Positions 14,401 to 23,103 of a stretch of 38,771 bases of DNA are shown here, piece after piece. The translations under genes were made by a program, and so were the position numbers. The stretch is taken from positions 1 through 38,771 of IMG/VR virus record IMGVR_UViG_3300049926_000098; one strand, given 5' to 3'. Within the stretch, counting starts at the first letter, position 1. Each line of letters starts with the position of its first letter. This DNA comes from a virus (lineage: Duplodnaviria > Caudoviricetes). Below the pieces are notes generated by a model, which had not been told where the DNA came from, did no database searches, and worked only from the letters and a program-made list of their open reading frames with translations.

Positions 14401-16681
14401 TCATCTCCTCGAACGCGGCCCGGCTGCCGGTAATCCCGTCCAGGATCGACTTCAGCGCGGCGCGCTCGGCCGGCTTGGCCTTCTTCATCTCGGCCTCGAC
14501 GGCGCGGCGCCACTCGCGACGGATGCCGCGCTGCACCACCTCGGGCATCATGCGCTCGCTGTGGTGCAGGATCTCGTGCGCGGCCCGGTCGGGGCTGCCC
14601 TTGCCCTGGAAGAGCTTCACCACCCGGTTGGCCGACTCGTAGACGCCGCGCGCGTTGTCGCCCTTCTCACCCTTGGGCGCCTCGATGCGCAGGCCGCGCG
14701 CCAGGTTCGGGTTCTTGTCGAGCGCCCACAGAGCCAGCGACGACTCGTCCTTGCCGAGCGAGCCGTCGGCGGCGCCCTTCTCCAGCGCCGCGCGCGCTTG
14801 CCGGCGGCCGCGCTCCAGCACGGCGGGTTCAGCCGGCTCGCGCGCCTGCTGGGCGCGGGTCTGCTCGTGCATGAACGCCGCGTCCAACTTCGGGAAGTCG
14901 AGGCTCGCCAGCGTCTCGCCGCGCCCCTTGTCCGCGTACAGCTCCTTCGCCTCGCCGGCCGGGATTTTCTCCGGCGCGGGCTCGACGCCCGAATCGGTGA
15001 CCTCGCGCGCCTCGCCTGCCGGGATCTTGGCCGGCGTCTCGATCACGTCGGGCTCGGGCAGCACCTCGCGCGCCTCGCCGGCCGGAATCTTCTCGCCGCG
15101 CGCAGCGGCCGCTGCCTCACCGGTGAGTTCGGCCACGTCGGGCTTCGCCACCGGTTCACCGCGCGCAGCAGCTGCAGCCTCGCCCGTCAGCTCGGTTGCC
15201 TCGCCGCGCGGCAGCTCGCCACGGGGTTGCGACTCACCAGCCGGCGGCCGGCCGCTGTCCTCGAACAGCGGCTTGGCTTCACCGGCCGGGATCACCTCGG
15301 GTGCCGCTTCGACACCGGATGGAAACTCGCGCGCCTCCCCCACCGGGAGCGGTCGCGTCGGTTGCTGAGCGTCGATGTCCGGCTGGCCTTCCGCAACTTC
15401 AGCCACCGGCAACGGCTTCTTGGGCGTCTCGTCCTTGACCTCCGGTTCGCTTTCCTTGACCTGGCCGACCGGCACCTTCTCGGCCGCCTCGAGCTTGTCC
15501 GCCTTCGCGCGCAGCGACGCCTGGAGTTCGGGGTCCGTGGTCTCGTTGGCGACGCGGCGCAGCTCCTGCGCGTCGGCGAGCGACTGATCGCGCTTGGCCT
15601 TCGCCTCGACGCGCTTGTTCAGCTTCTTGGCCTCCTCGTCCAGCGCGGCCTTCGCCGTGTCGGAGGTGGCGCTTTCCTTCAGCCGATCGATCTCGGCCAG
15701 GCGAGCGGCGTCCGGCAACGTGCCGGTCTTCTCCGTGGCCTCGCCGGTGGGGATCTTCTCCTCGGGCACCAGCCAGCCATCGCGCACGCGCTGGCTGCTC
15801 GCGTCCCACATCTCCTTGGTGATGGTCGAGCCGTTGGGCGCACGGTACTCGCCGTTGCCGGCATCGGTCATCTTGTCGGCCGGGAACGCCGACGCTTTCT
15901 CGGTTGCCTTCGCCTTGGCCTTCGACACGCTGGCGTGCACGCCCGGGATCGCGCCGAACGCGGCGCCCATGCCGGCGTCGGTCAAGACGGCGCGCATGTT
16001 GCCCGCGGGCTGCTCCATGTCCTTGTACTGGTCGCCTTCGGGCAGGGCTGCGTTCTCAGCGACGCGCCCGGCCGCGCCAGCGCCTGCCGCCACGGCGCCG
16101 CCCGTCAATGCGCCGCCGAGCGCGGCGCCCACTCGGCTCTCGACCGCGCGGCCGACGACGCCGCCAGCCTTGACCGGCAGCAGGTTCAACGCCGCGTGCA
16201 CGCCACCCGAGACGCCGCCGGCGGTGGCCGCCTCGCCCAACGAGCCGCCCCGCTCGACAACTTGCCCGGCACGCTCGATGCCGTGCTGCAACCCGAAGCC
16301 ACCCGCCATCTCGATCGGTGCCGACAGGACACCACCGGCCACCGCGCCCGGGCCGCTGAGTTCTTCGTCCGGCCCGGTGCCATACGCTTGGCCCATGCCC
16401 TCCTGCCGGGCCTTGTAGATGTCGAGCGTCTTCTCGACTTCCGCGTCGCTGCCAAACGTGCGCGCCAAGCCGGCCGCCGCCATGTCAAACATGCCCACGG
16501 CCTTCTGGGCAGCCGTGCCTGCCGTGCGCATCGCCGACTCGACGAAACCCACCTTCTTGGGCGCGAGCCACTCGTCCGGCACGTTCATGCCGTTGGACTT
16601 CAGCTTGGTCGCGAGGTCGCGTCGGGAGATGCCCTCCGGCACATCCTCGACCACGGTCCCATCTGGCAACTCGACGTTCAT
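11483..16681 (-). CDS. Large internal virion/ejection protein (polyvalent; HExxH motif, C-terminal LPD38-like region)
   Basis: 1732 aa; MNVELPDGTVVEDVPEG N-terminus; AAHEILHH..EFWA; YVPL; EITVNFNRSG..VFANAALQG; position after other ejection genes. Confidence 0.75.
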   Translation of the reverse strand: MNVELPDGTVVEDVPEGISRRDLATKLKSNGMNVPDEWLAPKKVGFVESAMRTAGTAAQKAVGMFDMAAAGLARTFGSDAEVEKTLDIYKARQEGMGQAYGTGPDEELSGPGAVAGGVLSAPIEMAGGFGLQHGIERAGQVVERGGSLGEAATAGGVSGGVHAALNLLPVKAGGVVGRAVESRVGAALGGALTGGAVAAGAGAAGRVAENAALPEGDQYKDMEQPAGNMRAVLTDAGMGAAFGAIPGVHASVSKAKAKATEKASAFPADKMTDAGNGEYRAPNGSTITKEMWDASSQRVRDGWLVPEEKIPTGEATEKTGTLPDAARLAEIDRLKESATSDTAKAALDEEAKKLNKRVEAKAKRDQSLADAQELRRVANETTDPELQASLRAKADKLEAAEKVPVGQVKESEPEVKDETPKKPLPVAEVAEGQPDIDAQQPTRPLPVGEAREFPSGVEAAPEVIPAGEAKPLFEDSGRPPAGESQPRGELPRGEATELTGEAAAAARGEPVAKPDVAELTGEAAAAARGEKIPAGEAREVLPEPDVIETPAKIPAGEAREVTDSGVEPAPEKIPAGEAKELYADKGRGETLASLDFPKLDAAFMHEQTRAQQAREPAEPAVLERGRRQARAALEKGAADGSLGKDESSLALWALDKNPNLARGLRIEAPKGEKGDNARGVYESANRVVKLFQGKGSPDRAAHEILHHSERMMPEVVQRGIRREWRRAVEAEMKKAKPAERAALKSILDGITGSRAAFEEMKDAFKSGALDIAKHYHLTNPSEFWAVNAARLLTERHAGRNAWRTDAVRWLKEMVEHVKGAAGLRSDAPVLKALDHVLNAEKNRGTEQSTGTLKTAEAKATIAAEEKLFSVEQGKRKLDDETKSELVVRKLFDRSNRVAKLQKTVEPKSEDADILGADALYSGRAQQRGDELNEQVMKPLGKALQDAKKAGISVRDADDYLMALHAPERNKVIAARNPKMQDGGSGLTNAQAKAIVEGFTPAQRKHLDAVAAIVHGLHKRKLDAMVEDGLITAKKRDELNGQYKNYVPLKTLDEEAEFTGVGRGYEMRANDITAALGRSTKASSPIAASVMDASREIMRGEKARVDRTIWEYAKDPKAQDFIQPYDEKNPPAEVLGRKIGPDGKVKSIVDAQKVQDLTLSLVIDGEQQRVFVPDELLRDQLRKVATANDPGPVLAAIGRGTGTVGRMLTEFNPAFTVPNAVKDAITVAVRAGAHDKVSAAKTVAGIPSAWKAITQYKRGKDTPDAKLYKEFLETGGKTGAYGIQQLSDTMRKLEKAGAELGYEDQKGGYGRRLKNALGSAAHLISSGNEVMEYASRFALYKEMRAVGETPRAAARAAKEITVNFNRSGEYGRTLNSVLVFANAALQGLRNTAVYAKSPVVRRGMLAMVALGAAAQAYNEQVGGQNEETGEPNINSQNDPVADKNLVVLAPGSKSGAKIPLPPEYAVLFAIGRRLWRAASQKDVGREAAGIAGAVLDATLPVRLPDADSSALAVGKALVPTLASPFADLWTKQNYFGQPIVPEQVGDHSPAPHYTKSRANTSDIAKGISQLANAATGGDAVTPGLSQKALGPLVAPEGIEHIVGFYTGGLGQLAMQSKNIADSVIKDKPVDVNKLPIANRFVFEEPKSYTSRRYKELAPQFEYARDYQKAGTPEKIDPKVARALPEFEAAERELRGLFKELRAAGAAGQDAEPIQARIKAVQARVIKSYNGQPT
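14940..15760 (-). repeat. Degenerate intragenic peptide repeats ([IL]P[AVT]GEA[KRT]E about 10 times; ELTGEAAAAARGE twice)
   Basis: Visible in the translation of the 1732-aa ORF. Confidence 0.8.
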
Positions 16682-18201
16682 TTCAGCTCCGAGAACTTGA
16701 CCACCTTCTTCGGCGCGGCGCCCTCACCGGCCGCGCCCAGCGTGGTGGCGTCAGCGCGCTTGCCCTTCGCCGCGGCGTCGCGCGCGGCCGTGGTGATCGC
16801 CGTGCGCGCGGCGCCGAGCTTCTCCTTCTGGGCCGCCGTCGGCGCGGTGCCGTCGGCGTTGCGGAAGTCCTTGGCGTTCGCGTCGTAGCTGAGACCCAGC
16901 TTCTGCGCCACGGCGTTCGTCGCCGCGCGCTCGTCGTCCGCCACGTCGCGTGCGGTCGGACCCTTGGCGGTCGGTGGCTTGATGCCAGCCAGGATCGCAC
17001 GACGGTCTTCGCGGTACTGCTCGTCGGTGATGTCGCCGGCGTCGTGGTCCTCGTCGAGCGCGTCGAGCTTGGCCTGCAGCGCACCGCGCGAGCCGCTGGC
17101 CCCGGTGTTCGGGTTGAAGACACGCGGCACGGCGCCCTTCTTGAGCGTCTGCTCGCTGACCACGTTGCCCTGGTCGTCCACCTCGCGGTCCAGCACGCGG
17201 TCGCCCAGGTCCACCTTCTCGCGCGAGGTGACCTTTTTCTTCGGGCGGCTGATGGCGGTGAGTTCGGCCAGGTACTTCTTGGTCTTCTCGCCGGCCTCCT
17301 TCTCGCCCTGCTCGACGCGCGCGGCGACGTCCGGGCGCTGCAGCGTCGCGGCCAGCGTGCCCAGGTTGCCCATCCAGTCCATGCCGTTCTTCACGTCGAT
17401 CACGGCGACCTGGTCGTCATCGTCGCCCGAGCCGTCGCGCGTCATCGGTGCGTCGTAGTACTTCTCGCCTCCACCATCGGTCTTCACATACACGCGCAGG
17501 CGCGGCATGAACTTGCCCGGTAGCGGGTTGTGATCGTTGTCGACCGCGGGGTCGAGACCGATGATCTCCTTGCGCGTGATCGTGCCGCCGTGCGGGCTGG
17601 CCGAGCCGACACCGCGGCGCAGCTGCGGCGCGAGCAAACCGTTCATGCCCTGCACCACGAGGCCTTGATTGCCCGTCTTCAGGCCGGCCTGCACGTCGTC
17701 GTTGTACTTCGGCACGTTCTTCAGCTCAGCCAGCGGCATGCCGGTGGCCGCGACGAGGTTCGTGTACAGCTGGGCCGGCGGCGCAGCCAGCGGGTCGAGC
17801 TGTCCGGCCTGCGCACGCGAGAAGAAGTCCAGCGACTGCTGCCGGATCTTCGCGAGCGTCTCGGCGTTCTGGCCGTACTCGTTGGCCAGATCCATCGGGA
17901 TGGGCTGGTTCGCGGTCTGCGCGGCTGTACTGAGTCCAACAATCTCGTTCTGGCGGCCGCGTACCACCTTCTCTTGCCGATCCAGCAGGTCCAGGTTCTC
18001 GCGCAGTCCTTGCCGCTGCTCCAGCCGCGCCTCGCGGCCCTGCCGAATCTTCAGGTCTTCTGCGGCGCGGGTGTCCGCGCGCTGGCGCAGCGACTCGTCG
18101 ACCTGCGTCGCGCGCTTGCGTTCAGTTGCGGCGTCCGCATCCATGCCGAGTCGGAACCCCGACTCGAGACCTGCCGCCAGACCACCGGTGACGCTTGGCA
18201 T
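16678..18201 (-). CDS. Putative internal virion/DNA ejection protein
   Basis: GAAGGA RBS before ATG 18201; GGLAAGLESGFRLG N-terminus, helical composition, synteny. Confidence 0.65.
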   Translation of the reverse strand: MPSVTGGLAAGLESGFRLGMDADAATERKRATQVDESLRQRADTRAAEDLKIRQGREARLEQRQGLRENLDLLDRQEKVVRGRQNEIVGLSTAAQTANQPIPMDLANEYGQNAETLAKIRQQSLDFFSRAQAGQLDPLAAPPAQLYTNLVAATGMPLAELKNVPKYNDDVQAGLKTGNQGLVVQGMNGLLAPQLRRGVGSASPHGGTITRKEIIGLDPAVDNDHNPLPGKFMPRLRVYVKTDGGGEKYYDAPMTRDGSGDDDDQVAVIDVKNGMDWMGNLGTLAATLQRPDVAARVEQGEKEAGEKTKKYLAELTAISRPKKKVTSREKVDLGDRVLDREVDDQGNVVSEQTLKKGAVPRVFNPNTGASGSRGALQAKLDALDEDHDAGDITDEQYREDRRAILAGIKPPTAKGPTARDVADDERAATNAVAQKLGLSYDANAKDFRNADGTAPTAAQKEKLGAARTAITTAARDAAAKGKRADATTLGAAGEGAAPKKVVKFSELK

Positions 18202-18211
18202 GCTGTTTCCT

Positions 18212-18493
18212 TCAGTCGAAAAGACCGCCGGCGATTGCGCCCACGGCACCGCCAATCAAGGCGCCCATCGGGCCGCCAACGGCACCAGCCTGCGCACCCA
18301 GCGCGAAACCACCCAGTGCACCGACCGTGGTGGCAAGCTGCTGGTTGCCTTGCTTGCGCTGCGCATCGATCTGCTTGTTCGTCGACTCGCGCTGCGCCTC
18401 TTGGCCCACGACCTGGCCGAGCGAATTCATCGCGTCGTTCTTCGCCGTGGTGCCGAGAGAAGCGAGCGTAGCGCCCACACCGTACCCTGCCAT
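18212..18493 (-). CDS. Small virion protein with glycine-zipper C-terminus
   Basis: GALGGFALGAQAGAVGGPMGALIGGAVGAIAGGLF; located in the ejection module. Confidence 0.65.
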   Translation of the reverse strand: MAGYGVGATLASLGTTAKNDAMNSLGQVVGQEAQRESTNKQIDAQRKQGNQQLATTVGALGGFALGAQAGAVGGPMGALIGGAVGAIAGGLFD

Positions 18494-18494
18494 G

Positions 18495-18869
18495 TCAGCC
18501 CCCCATCCGCGTGATGTCCGGAGCGGGATTGCCCAGGATCTGCTGTTGGCGCTGGCGCGTCGTATCGGCCGCCAAGTTCTGCGCCTGCACGTCGGCTAGC
18601 CCGCGTGCGAGTGACGACGAGCGCGCTTGCGCAGCCTGCTCGTCCGGGCTCAACTCCAGCCCCAGTCCCTGCAAACGGCGGCCGACGGCGCCTTGCTGCG
18701 CGTTGAACGCACCTTGCACGTTCTGGCTCGCCGTCGACATCGCGTTCGTGACCGTGTCCGGGCTCGTCGCGTAGTCGATCAGCTGGTTCTCGATCGGCAC
18801 GAACGTGTTGACGTACTGCGCCCACCGATCGCGGGTCAGCCGTGCATAGGTATCTGCTGCGTAGCCCAT
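18495..18869 (-). CDS. Putative internal virion protein
   Basis: Coupled ORF; Ala/Gln-rich; RWAQY..FVPIENQLI resembles the adjacent gene (DYEKRWLPVQQNLI). Confidence 0.6.
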   Translation of the reverse strand: MGYAADTYARLTRDRWAQYVNTFVPIENQLIDYATSPDTVTNAMSTASQNVQGAFNAQQGAVGRRLQGLGLELSPDEQAAQARSSSLARGLADVQAQNLAADTTRQRQQQILGNPAPDITRMGG

Positions 18870-19531
18870 CAGTCGCCTCCGCTACCGCGAGTCAGGAACG
18901 TGTTCATCGCGTTGCCGCCGTTGACCCCGGAGAAGTCGTTCGTGCCGGTGAAGCCACCGCCCTGTCCGAACTTGCCCATGCCGGATTGCAGACCGTAACC
19001 GGCGAGCTGGCCGACGACCTGTGCCCGCCCGGCACGCTCGGTCAGCGCGGCCTCCGCATCGGTTGTGGCCTGGCGTGCACTCGTCGACGCCTGTTGCGAC
19101 AGCGAGTCCCCGACGGAGACGCGCTCGCCTCGGCCGGTGGCCGCCAGCGAGCCCAGCGCCTGCGTGTAGGCGTCGTCGACCTGCTGATCGGCCATCGTGA
19201 TACCCAGGCCCTTGGACTTTGCTGCATCATCTCCCAGGCCAGTGATCGCCAGCTTCGAGCGCGACGACCCGAACGTGCCGTTGTTGGACATCGTCTTCTC
19301 GAGTGCGCCTTCGGCAGCACCGAACCTGGCGGACGTGTCCGCGGCGACGCGCCCCTCGGCGCGATTGCGCACGCTGGAGTCGGCCTTGCCCATCTCCTCG
19401 GCCTGTGCGATCAGGTTTTGTTGTACCGGCAGCCAGCGCTTCTCGTAATCGGCCATCGATTGCGCAGCGTACGTCGCCAGCTCCTTCTGAGCCGACGTCT
19501 CTTCAACTTCAGTGCTTCCACCTTTGCTCAT
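18869..19531 (-). CDS. Putative internal virion/ejection protein
   Basis: MSKGGSTEVEETSAQ N-terminus typical of podovirus ejection proteins; Ala/Gly-rich. Confidence 0.65.
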   Translation of the reverse strand: MSKGGSTEVEETSAQKELATYAAQSMADYEKRWLPVQQNLIAQAEEMGKADSSVRNRAEGRVAADTSARFGAAEGALEKTMSNNGTFGSSRSKLAITGLGDDAAKSKGLGITMADQQVDDAYTQALGSLAATGRGERVSVGDSLSQQASTSARQATTDAEAALTERAGRAQVVGQLAGYGLQSGMGKFGQGGGFTGTNDFSGVNGGNAMNTFLTRGSGGD

Positions 19532-19917
19532 CGCGCCGCCCTCACGAATTCATTCGTTCCTCGGGGCGTCCAGCAAGGACCCAGAAGACGCCGCCATCCC
19601 CGGCGACGCGACTGGAAGGCCACGGTCTGCGCGCCGAGTTCCCGGCCGATCGCGAGCACCGCGGCGAGTTGCCGCTCGAATGCGCCGTGGCGAAAACCCA
19701 CGACGATCCAGACAAAAAGTTCCAGGTCCGGTGCGCGTGCTCGAAGCTCGACCACCACCATGGCGTCGTCGCATACAAGGCACAGAGCCTGCTTTGCCGC
19801 GCATTTTGCCTGAATCTCTGCCACCTCGGAAGCTGTCGCGATCGACGCCGGTAGGCCGTCACACACTGCGCTGACCACGCCGGGCACCGCGAGGTGGAAG
19901 TCGGTGCCGGAAATCAT
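19528..19917 (-). CDS. Hypothetical protein (possibly degenerate GNAT-like)
   Basis: ELFVWIVVG..., VAFQSRRRGWRR; position immediately before ejection genes. Confidence 0.5.
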   Translation of the reverse strand: MISGTDFHLAVPGVVSAVCDGLPASIATASEVAEIQAKCAAKQALCLVCDDAMVVVELRARAPDLELFVWIVVGFRHGAFERQLAAVLAIGRELGAQTVAFQSRRRGWRRLLGPCWTPRGTNEFVRAAR

Positions 19918-20732
19918 GGCGACACAAGCTCGATCCGGGGGTCACCGAAGATCCCATCGCCATCCGCGATATCGATGCCGCTACCGCTGGACGTCGTGAT
20001 GGCGCGCGTGTAGAGCTGGTCGCCGACTTTCACCACGAGGCCATCCGGCTGATCGAACACGCTCTCGACGAGTTCCAATGCGCGTCGTATCAAGCCGAAC
20101 GCCACAGGCATGAAGTTCTCATAGCCGGCGTACATCGGGACCGTCTGCAGCGCAGGCCATGCCGTGCGCACGTTCACAGCGTCGCTGGCAATGGCGACCC
20201 CGACCGGGATCGCCACGTCCGCGTAGTTCGGATACTGGGTCAGCCCGTTGCCGCTTTGCGCGTAGACCGCGCGCCCACGCTCGAACCCCGCGCCGGCCGT
20301 GTTGATCACACCGGCTTGTTGAACGACGATCGGACTGCCGATAGCCGCATCCGCCGTGGCGATGCCGACCGCTGCGAAGATGGCTGCCGAGTCCTGTGTA
20401 TCCACGGGCGATACGCCTCCCGATGATGTCGGGTAGACGACGTCGAACCTCACGATCACTGCATCCGCTCGATACGTTGCCGTTGGGCCAACGCCAGCGG
20501 CTGACAGTGCGTTCACCTGTGCCTGCAGTGCAGCAAGCTGCCCTTGAAGTGCGGCCGTACTGGTGCTTCCCTGGCTTGCATTGAACGTGGTCTGGTTCGC
20601 CTGCGCGTTCACAGCGCTCACCGCTTCGTTGAGCACGCGCACGCACTCGCGCACCGCGTTGAATGCGTTGTTGATGTCGCGCACGTCGACGGACTTGACG
20701 ACCGGAATGGACGACAGCTTGTTGGTGGCCAT
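19914..20732 (-). CDS. Tail-associated structural protein
   Basis: N-terminal coiled coil, then a beta-rich AVGIATADAA..IVVQQAGVI..G..VY module; coupled between nozzle and ejection genes. Confidence 0.55.
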   Translation of the reverse strand: MATNKLSSIPVVKSVDVRDINNAFNAVRECVRVLNEAVSAVNAQANQTTFNASQGSTSTAALQGQLAALQAQVNALSAAGVGPTATYRADAVIVRFDVVYPTSSGGVSPVDTQDSAAIFAAVGIATADAAIGSPIVVQQAGVINTAGAGFERGRAVYAQSGNGLTQYPNYADVAIPVGVAIASDAVNVRTAWPALQTVPMYAGYENFMPVAFGLIRRALELVESVFDQPDGLVVKVGDQLYTRAITTSSGSGIDIADGDGIFGDPRIELVSP

Positions 20733-23098
20733 CAGTCGAACTCCGAGATGTCTTCCGCGACCTGCACCGTGTAGACCCGCGAAGTGCCGAGCAGCTCGAG
20801 CTGGAACGTCGTGTAGTCATCGGCGAGCGGGAGCGTGAACGGCGTCTCGCTGGTGATCACGTCCTCGGACAACAGCACACCGTTCGCGTACAGCCGCAGC
20901 ACGATGTTGTCGAAGTCCTCGGCGCGGACCTGGCAATACACGAAGGCCGCCGGATGCGCCAGCAAGTTGAGTTTGCCGCGCCACCGGTAGACCATGCGGC
21001 CGTCACCGTTCGGCGCGTTGAACTTGAAGATGTTCAGCCCATTCGTGTTCGTCGGCGCGGTGCTCGGCAGTGGCAGGTACACGTCAGTCGGCTCGTCGTC
21101 TTCAGTCAGCACCAGGTACAACTGATCCGTGAGCGGATCCGCAAACGCAGCCGTCGCGAAGAATCCGAGCTCGATCAGACCGAAGCCGTCCGCCTTCATG
21201 TCGAGCGCAAAGCCGCCGCGCGCACTGCTCGGCCCCTGGTCGTACCAGAAGAAGTAGATGTCCTCGTGCGCGACGCCCAGGATCGTCTCCGGCGCCAACG
21301 CCTGCCATTGCTCGCGCGTGAAGATCGCGCTGGTGAGGTTGCGCACGTTGCCGTTGCCAGCGACCGCGATGAGCCCGTCCGGCGACGCGAACACCACGCC
21401 GATGCCGATCAGGTACGCGAGCGAGCGCTTGGAGACGCAAGCCTGCGGCACCTCGAGCTTCGTCATGCTGTACGCGGCCGGGTCCGTGCCGATCGCCAAG
21501 TAGATGAAGTTCTGCGTGCCGATCACCACCGTGGTATCGATCACGCCGATGGCCACGATGTCGGTGTCGACGTTCAGGCGGTACTCCACCGGCCACGCGT
21601 GCGGGTAGTTCTGCGCCGACAGGCACAACTGGTTCTTGCTGAACCCGGCCAGCACGCCATTCGGCAGCGCAACGAGGCCCTGCAGGTCAGTGGGTGGCAA
21701 CGCCCACAGCTCAGACTGCAGCACCTCACCGAGCTCGGTATCCGGGATCGAGTCGACGTAGTCGGCTTGCGAGAGCGGAGTCTCGGCGACGAATTGGTAC
21801 GACGTGCCGGTAGCGCCGCTGACTGCGCGATAGATGCGCTTCGTCGCGATCCCGTAGTCGTCGAAACCACTCGGCAACGTCGTTGGCGTCGTGACCGTGA
21901 TCGCGATGCCATCAGGCCGCAGAACTGTTGTGCTCGCAAAGCTCGGTGCTGACTCTTGCCCTAGGTCGTTGACGTAAGTGAAGACGTAGTTCGTAGCCGT
22001 GTTCGCCGCGACGTACCCGGTCGCGCCAGATCCCTGCACCAGGATGTTGTCGTAGAAAGTGCGGTACCGATCGCTCCCGTCGTTGTTGCTCGTCTCGCTG
22101 TAGAAGCCGCAGTAGTCGCCGTTTGCGAACGTGTTGGTCGTTGTCAGCGTTGCCAGTTGCACCGACCCCTGGTACAGCGTCGCCGTGACGGTCTGCGTCC
22201 CATCGCTGTTGGCCAGCATCTGGATTTCGCACGTGTACCAAGCGTCGTGACCAACCGCCACCAGTACCGACGACCCGAGCGCTGAATTGCCGATGATCGT
22301 CCAACCGACCGCCGCGCCGAGGTTGAACTGCCCGACGCCTGGCGATACTTGATAGAGCGTCACGACGAGGCCATTGCCGGTCTGCGTCCGCATGACGCCA
22401 GCGTTCATCTGGTAGTAGTTGTTGCTGCCCGACGTCATGTAGAAGTCGAACGACATGCGCACCACGTTGCACTTGCCGACACCGAAGTTGCGGTAGATGT
22501 AGGCAGGCGCACCTGGGTTGTCGTCGAACAGCGTCTCGTAGCTCGGCGCAGGATTGCCGAAGACATTGTTCTGCTGTACCTCGGTTGCACCACCGTGCGA
22601 GAACTGGCTGGACGCGGCCGTCCAGTTCGTCGCCAGCTCGTTCCCTTCATCGAAGATGTCGACGTTGAAAGTCGAGGGATTCGGGTCGATGCCTGCGACC
22701 ACCGTCGGAGCGACCTCAGGGCCGGGAACACCGAGGGGCCGGGTGTCGGCCGGGTACGGCTCCGGGCCACTGATCGCCATGGCGTAGTTGGTGAACTGCG
22801 GCCGATCGTAGGCATTCGGGCCGGTCAGGAACGTGCGGTACGTGGTGTCGCCTGCGACGGCGCCACGTGCCGCGTTGACGTCGGCCAGCCAGGACAGCCA
22901 CGCGTCCTTCAGCTTGTAGATTGTCTCGACCGGGCCGGGCGAGTTGGCCAGCGTCTTCTCCAGCTCGAACTGGCGCCACGCCTCCAGGTCGCCCGTGAGC
23001 AGGCGCGCGTTCACCGCGCTCTGCGCGGCGTTGTCCGGCAGAGCGCGAGGGGTGACACGAGGAGCCTCACCGCGGAAGGAGTTGACAGCGACGCGCAC
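20732..23098 (-). CDS. Tail tubular/nozzle (stabilisation) protein with inserted beta-rich domain
   Basis: FRGEAPRVTPRALPDNAAQSAVN, YVFTYVNDLGQESAPS, KRIYR, LPPTDLQGLVALPNGVLAGF, PHAWP, FASPDGL, YRWRGK. Confidence 0.8.
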   Translation of the reverse strand: MRVAVNSFRGEAPRVTPRALPDNAAQSAVNARLLTGDLEAWRQFELEKTLANSPGPVETIYKLKDAWLSWLADVNAARGAVAGDTTYRTFLTGPNAYDRPQFTNYAMAISGPEPYPADTRPLGVPGPEVAPTVVAGIDPNPSTFNVDIFDEGNELATNWTAASSQFSHGGATEVQQNNVFGNPAPSYETLFDDNPGAPAYIYRNFGVGKCNVVRMSFDFYMTSGSNNYYQMNAGVMRTQTGNGLVVTLYQVSPGVGQFNLGAAVGWTIIGNSALGSSVLVAVGHDAWYTCEIQMLANSDGTQTVTATLYQGSVQLATLTTTNTFANGDYCGFYSETSNNDGSDRYRTFYDNILVQGSGATGYVAANTATNYVFTYVNDLGQESAPSFASTTVLRPDGIAITVTTPTTLPSGFDDYGIATKRIYRAVSGATGTSYQFVAETPLSQADYVDSIPDTELGEVLQSELWALPPTDLQGLVALPNGVLAGFSKNQLCLSAQNYPHAWPVEYRLNVDTDIVAIGVIDTTVVIGTQNFIYLAIGTDPAAYSMTKLEVPQACVSKRSLAYLIGIGVVFASPDGLIAVAGNGNVRNLTSAIFTREQWQALAPETILGVAHEDIYFFWYDQGPSSARGGFALDMKADGFGLIELGFFATAAFADPLTDQLYLVLTEDDEPTDVYLPLPSTAPTNTNGLNIFKFNAPNGDGRMVYRWRGKLNLLAHPAAFVYCQVRAEDFDNIVLRLYANGVLLSEDVITSETPFTLPLADDYTTFQLELLGTSRVYTVQVAEDISEFD

Positions 23099-23103
23099 TT
23101 AAA

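Noticed and set aside
12719-16888. 1389-aa + strand ORF, and other long antisense ORFs such as 33902-35497
   Set aside because: Shadow ORFs opposite real high-GC genes; no motifs, no RBS, composition typical of antisense frames
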